Shown in pieces: positions 1-1,467 of a DNA stretch of 1,467 nt (the stretch's first letter is position 1; each line of letters starts with the position of its first letter). Below the pieces are notes generated by a model. It saw only the letters and a program-made list of their open reading frames with translations, did no database searches and was not told the origin of the DNA. A program made the translations under genes and the position numbers. The stretch comes from Naegleria gruberi (Eukaryota). The stretch lies in assembly GCA_000004985.1 (NCBI GenBank), contig GG739416.1; one strand, given 5' to 3'.

Positions 1-1467
1 CATAGCGAGAACAATGAATTGGAAAACCTAAAACAGCAAACAATTCAAATGGTGGAACATTGTAAGAATGTAAATGGAGAGGTTATTGTGCCATTCTTTG
101 GTTATACTGGCGTGGGAAAGTCTCTGCTCATCAATCTTCTATCCAATTGTAAACTCATAACTGTTAAGAATGAAATGGACCTTGATGTTTTGGATTTTGA
201 AGATGCAAAGACTAAAGTTGGCCAAACTCTTGAATCAGAAACTTCTACACCAATATGTGTGAGAAATAATGATTGTGAATACATCATATTGGATTGTCCT
301 GGATTTTTTGATAACAGAGGCGATTTGACTCGATTAATGGTAAATCTATCCATTAGGTTATCAATTCAACAAGCTCTCCAAGTGAAAGGAATTGTAATTA
401 TGATAGATATTGATGATTTAATTAACAGGAGTTCAAAATTCAATGAAACTGCCTCATTATTTGGAACCATGTTGAAGGAAGATTTTCCAGAAAAGTCTAT
501 GATTGTTGTTATCAACAATAAGAAAGGTAACAAGGTCAACAGGTACACAGTTAACAAAGCTATTGAATTACAACTACAAGGAGCGAAATCAAGATGGTTG
601 AGATTAGCTCAACAGACTGCATCCTTTTTGAAATTTTGTTCTGATGGAGAGAAAGAATCTGCCAGCGTTAGATTTCTCAATTTACTTCATTCAAATCTTG
701 ACAGAGTATTCCTGTTAGATGTAAACAATCAAAATTCCATAGTAGAAATCAAAAAAGCAATTAATAATCTATGTCCTGTCAGTTGTGAATATTTTGAAAC
801 CAATACTTTCGATGAAACATGGAATAGATACAACAATGTTATCAGGAAGGTTATGGAAGAATCTATCAAGTTTTATGATAATTATGTAAACATCAAACGA
901 TTAATGGATCAACAAAAAACTAACATTGCTGAATTGAACACCAGAATTGAAAGTTATTCAGATAGGCTCAAAGAAATTCAAAAAACAAATATTGAGAAAG
1001 AGTCTGAGCAGGTTGATTATGGATTACAACGACTTTATTCTGAAAAGAAGGATGAAATCAAACGTCTTACTCAAGAATTGGATGCACTGAATTTATTAAT
1101 CAAAAAAACTCAGTTTTCAAGAGATGAATTGTTAAAGAAACAAAAGGAGCTTGATAGTGAAGAAGAAAAACAAATTTTCAAGGAGCAAATTAGTGAAAAA
1201 CGAAATTCTATTCTGGGATGGATTTCATATACTGCTAAAACCATTGAATATGATGCTCAATGTCCATTCAGGGAAGAAAAAACAATTACCACTGGAAAAT
1301 TACAAGAATCAAAGAAACATTCTTCAACTTATTATCACAAGTATTATTTTACTAATTGGGGAGAAGATGCTGAAATGAGCTTAATTCTTTTTGCAAAGAA
1401 AAAAGATCTTCCTGGTAACATAATTATGTCCGCAATTAATAGAAATGATTACAAAACATTGAGGAAG
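1..1467 (+). CDS. Internal fragment (partial at both ends, at least 489 aa) of a large multi-domain P-loop GTPase: AIG1/GIMAP-like (septin-like TRAFAC class) G domain followed by a long coiled coil
   Basis: Frame +1 is open for all 489 codons at roughly 1/3 G+C; a random open frame of this length is extremely unlikely (a hand estimate with ~7% stop probability per codon gives about 1e-15). All five other frames are broken by frequent stops. The translation carries recognisable GTPase motifs in the canonical order and spacing. There is no start or stop inside the window, so the gene continues upstream and downstream. Confidence 0.88.
100..123 (+). other. G1 / Walker A P-loop motif GYTGVGKS (GxxxxGK[ST])
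   Basis: Codons 34-41 of frame +1, ggt tat act ggc gtg gga aag tct, are read directly from the sequence. Next comes LLINLLSNC, matching the 'GKS-hLhN-Lh' helix typical of TRAFAC GTPases (Era, EngA, septin, GIMAP). Confidence 0.85.
241..258 (+). other. Candidate G2 / switch-I element TSTPIC (T-x-x-C signature of AIG1-type G domains)
   Basis: Codons 81-86 are act tct aca cca ata tgt. They lie about 12 residues upstream of the DxPG motif, the spacing seen in AIG1/GIMAP proteins. Which Thr is catalytic cannot be decided by eye. Confidence 0.45.
289..312 (+). other. G3 / Walker B motif LDCPGFFD (hh-D-x-P-G-h-F-D)
   Basis: Codons 97-104 are ttg gat tgt cct gga ttt ttt gat. DxPG preceded by hydrophobics (IIL) is the canonical switch-II start. 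The trailing G-h-F-D resembles GIMAP (DTPGLFD) and septin (DTPGFGD) rather than Ras-like DTAGQE. Confidence 0.8.
505..528 (+). other. G4-equivalent element VVINNKKG (degenerate [NT]KxD: Gly in place of the guanine-specificity Asp)
   Basis: Codons 169-176 are gtt gtt atc aac aat aag aaa ggt, a hydrophobic strand followed by N-N-K-K-G. This is in the position where GIMAPs have hhhFT[RH]K[DE]D and classical GTPases have hhhNKxD. The preceding 'ASLFG' parallels the GIMAP 'hFG' segment. The alignment is by eye only. Confidence 0.45.
886..1206 (+). other. Predicted coiled-coil region (~105 aa), E/K/Q/L-rich with heptad-like hydrophobic spacing
   Basis: Translation: ESIKFYDNYVNIKRLMDQQKTNIAELNTRIESYSDRLKEIQKTNIEKESEQVDYGLQRLYSEKKDEIKRLTQELDALNLLIKKTQFSRDELLKKQKELDSEEEKQIFKEQISEKRN. 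It is continuous charged/helix-favouring sequence with I/L/V/Y recurring at about 3-4 residue intervals and no Pro, and one Gly (in VDYGLQRL). Confidence 0.6.

Larger units (their letters stand above)
82..690 (+). other. G (GTP-binding) domain, AIG1/GIMAP-like (paraseptin) type; boundaries approximate
   Basis: The translation VIVPFFGYTGVGKSLLINLL...TSTPIC...IILDCPGFFD...GIVIMIDIDDLINRSSKFNETASLFGTMLKEDFPEKSMIVVINNKKG follows the AIG1/GIMAP pattern from memory. That pattern is G1 GxxGxGKS followed by a hydrophobic helix, then switch-I T-x-x-C, then hh-D-T-P-G-h-F-D. Next comes a hydrophobic strand, an 'L.R.T.E...LFG' segment, a second hydrophobic strand and G4. Family-level assignment is by recalled consensus, not a database search. 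Confidence 0.6.

Noticed and set aside
102-353. 83-aa minus-strand ORF from the supplied track
   Set aside because: It is fully antisense to the P-loop/G3 part of the +1 ORF, which carries canonical conserved GTPase motifs. Its product is compositionally odd (S/R/L-rich, as expected from the antisense of an AT-rich gene) and has no recognisable features. Antisense ORFs of this size are expected by chance.
366-557. 63-aa minus-strand ORF from the supplied track
   Set aside because: Same reasoning as above: it is embedded antisense within the G domain coding region. Its I/L/T-rich low-complexity product mirrors the sense-strand N/K/I codons. No independent support.
700-860. Possibility that the helical linker between the G domain and the coiled coil (…LLDVNNQNSIVEIKKAINNLCPVSCEYFETNTFDETWNRYNNVIRKVMEES…) is a separate inserted domain or Cys-based metal site
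   Set aside because: Only two cysteines (CPVSC), in a CxxxC arrangement, with no further Cys or His partners nearby. GIMAP-type proteins normally have amphipathic helices here that fold back on the G domain. A distinct domain cannot be supported by eye.
1181-1195. Shine-Dalgarno-like AGGAG sites that suggest an internal translation start. The example here is nt 1181-1185 with GTG 7 nt downstream. Others are AGGAG at 1145-1149 just before the TTG at 1151, and AGGAG at 427-431 followed by ATG at 443.
   Set aside because: Each AGGAG arises from in-frame Lys-Glu or Arg-Ser codons of the main ORF (aag gag, agg agt). The downstream start codons are in frame +2 and lead into short or stop-terminated frames. 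Spacing is poor for two of the three. No supporting promoter-like -10/-35 context is discernible in continuous coding sequence.
1151-1378. 75-aa plus-strand ORF (frame +2, TTG start) from the supplied track
   Set aside because: It overlaps the open +1 frame and starts at a TTG. Its K-rich low-complexity product (MIVKKKNKFSRSK...) is what an A-rich coiled-coil coding region yields when read out of frame. The +1 frame through the same nucleotides encodes a clean coiled coil continuous with the rest of the gene.
1-1467. Search for CRISPR repeats, tRNA/rRNA, IS inverted repeats, and rho-independent terminators
   Set aside because: I saw no direct repeats of 20 nt or more with regular spacing, no GC-rich hairpin followed by a T-tract, no terminal inverted repeats, and no tRNA-like cloverleaf-compatible GC-rich segment. 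The window is uniformly AT-rich coding sequence.

Overview
The whole 1467-nt window is the interior of one large protein-coding gene on the + strand. Frame +1 (nt 1..1467, 489 codons) has no stop codon, although the sequence is only about one-third G+C and every other frame is full of stops. The ORF runs off both ends of the window, which is probably why the ORF track does not list it. I translated frame +1 by hand and found a P-loop GTPase of the TRAFAC class. The GTPase-defining sites (G1-G4) are placed as follows. G1 (Walker A) is GYTGVGKS at nt 100-123. A switch-I element TSTPIC follows at nt 241-258. G3 (Walker B) and its extension read IILDCPGFFD at nt 283-312. A G4-like element VVINNKKG lies at nt 505-528. 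The order and spacing of these elements (T-x-x-C, then hh-D-x-P-G-h-F-D, then a hydrophobic stretch, 'LFG', another hydrophobic stretch, and G4) best match the AIG1/GIMAP 'paraseptin' branch of septin-like GTPases. After the G domain comes a helical linker, then a roughly 105-residue E/K/Q-rich coiled coil (about nt 886-1206), then an aromatic-rich segment of unknown function. The first ~25 residues before the G domain also look coiled-coil-like. I found no RNA genes, CRISPR repeats, mobile-element termini, promoters or terminators. The three short ORFs in the supplied track are artefacts lying inside this gene. Arginine codon usage is AGA/AGG-heavy (17 of 22 by hand count). This, together with the septin-like/GIMAP-like domain architecture, suggests the source may be eukaryotic or a gene acquired from a eukaryote-like source. 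I cannot decide that from this window alone.
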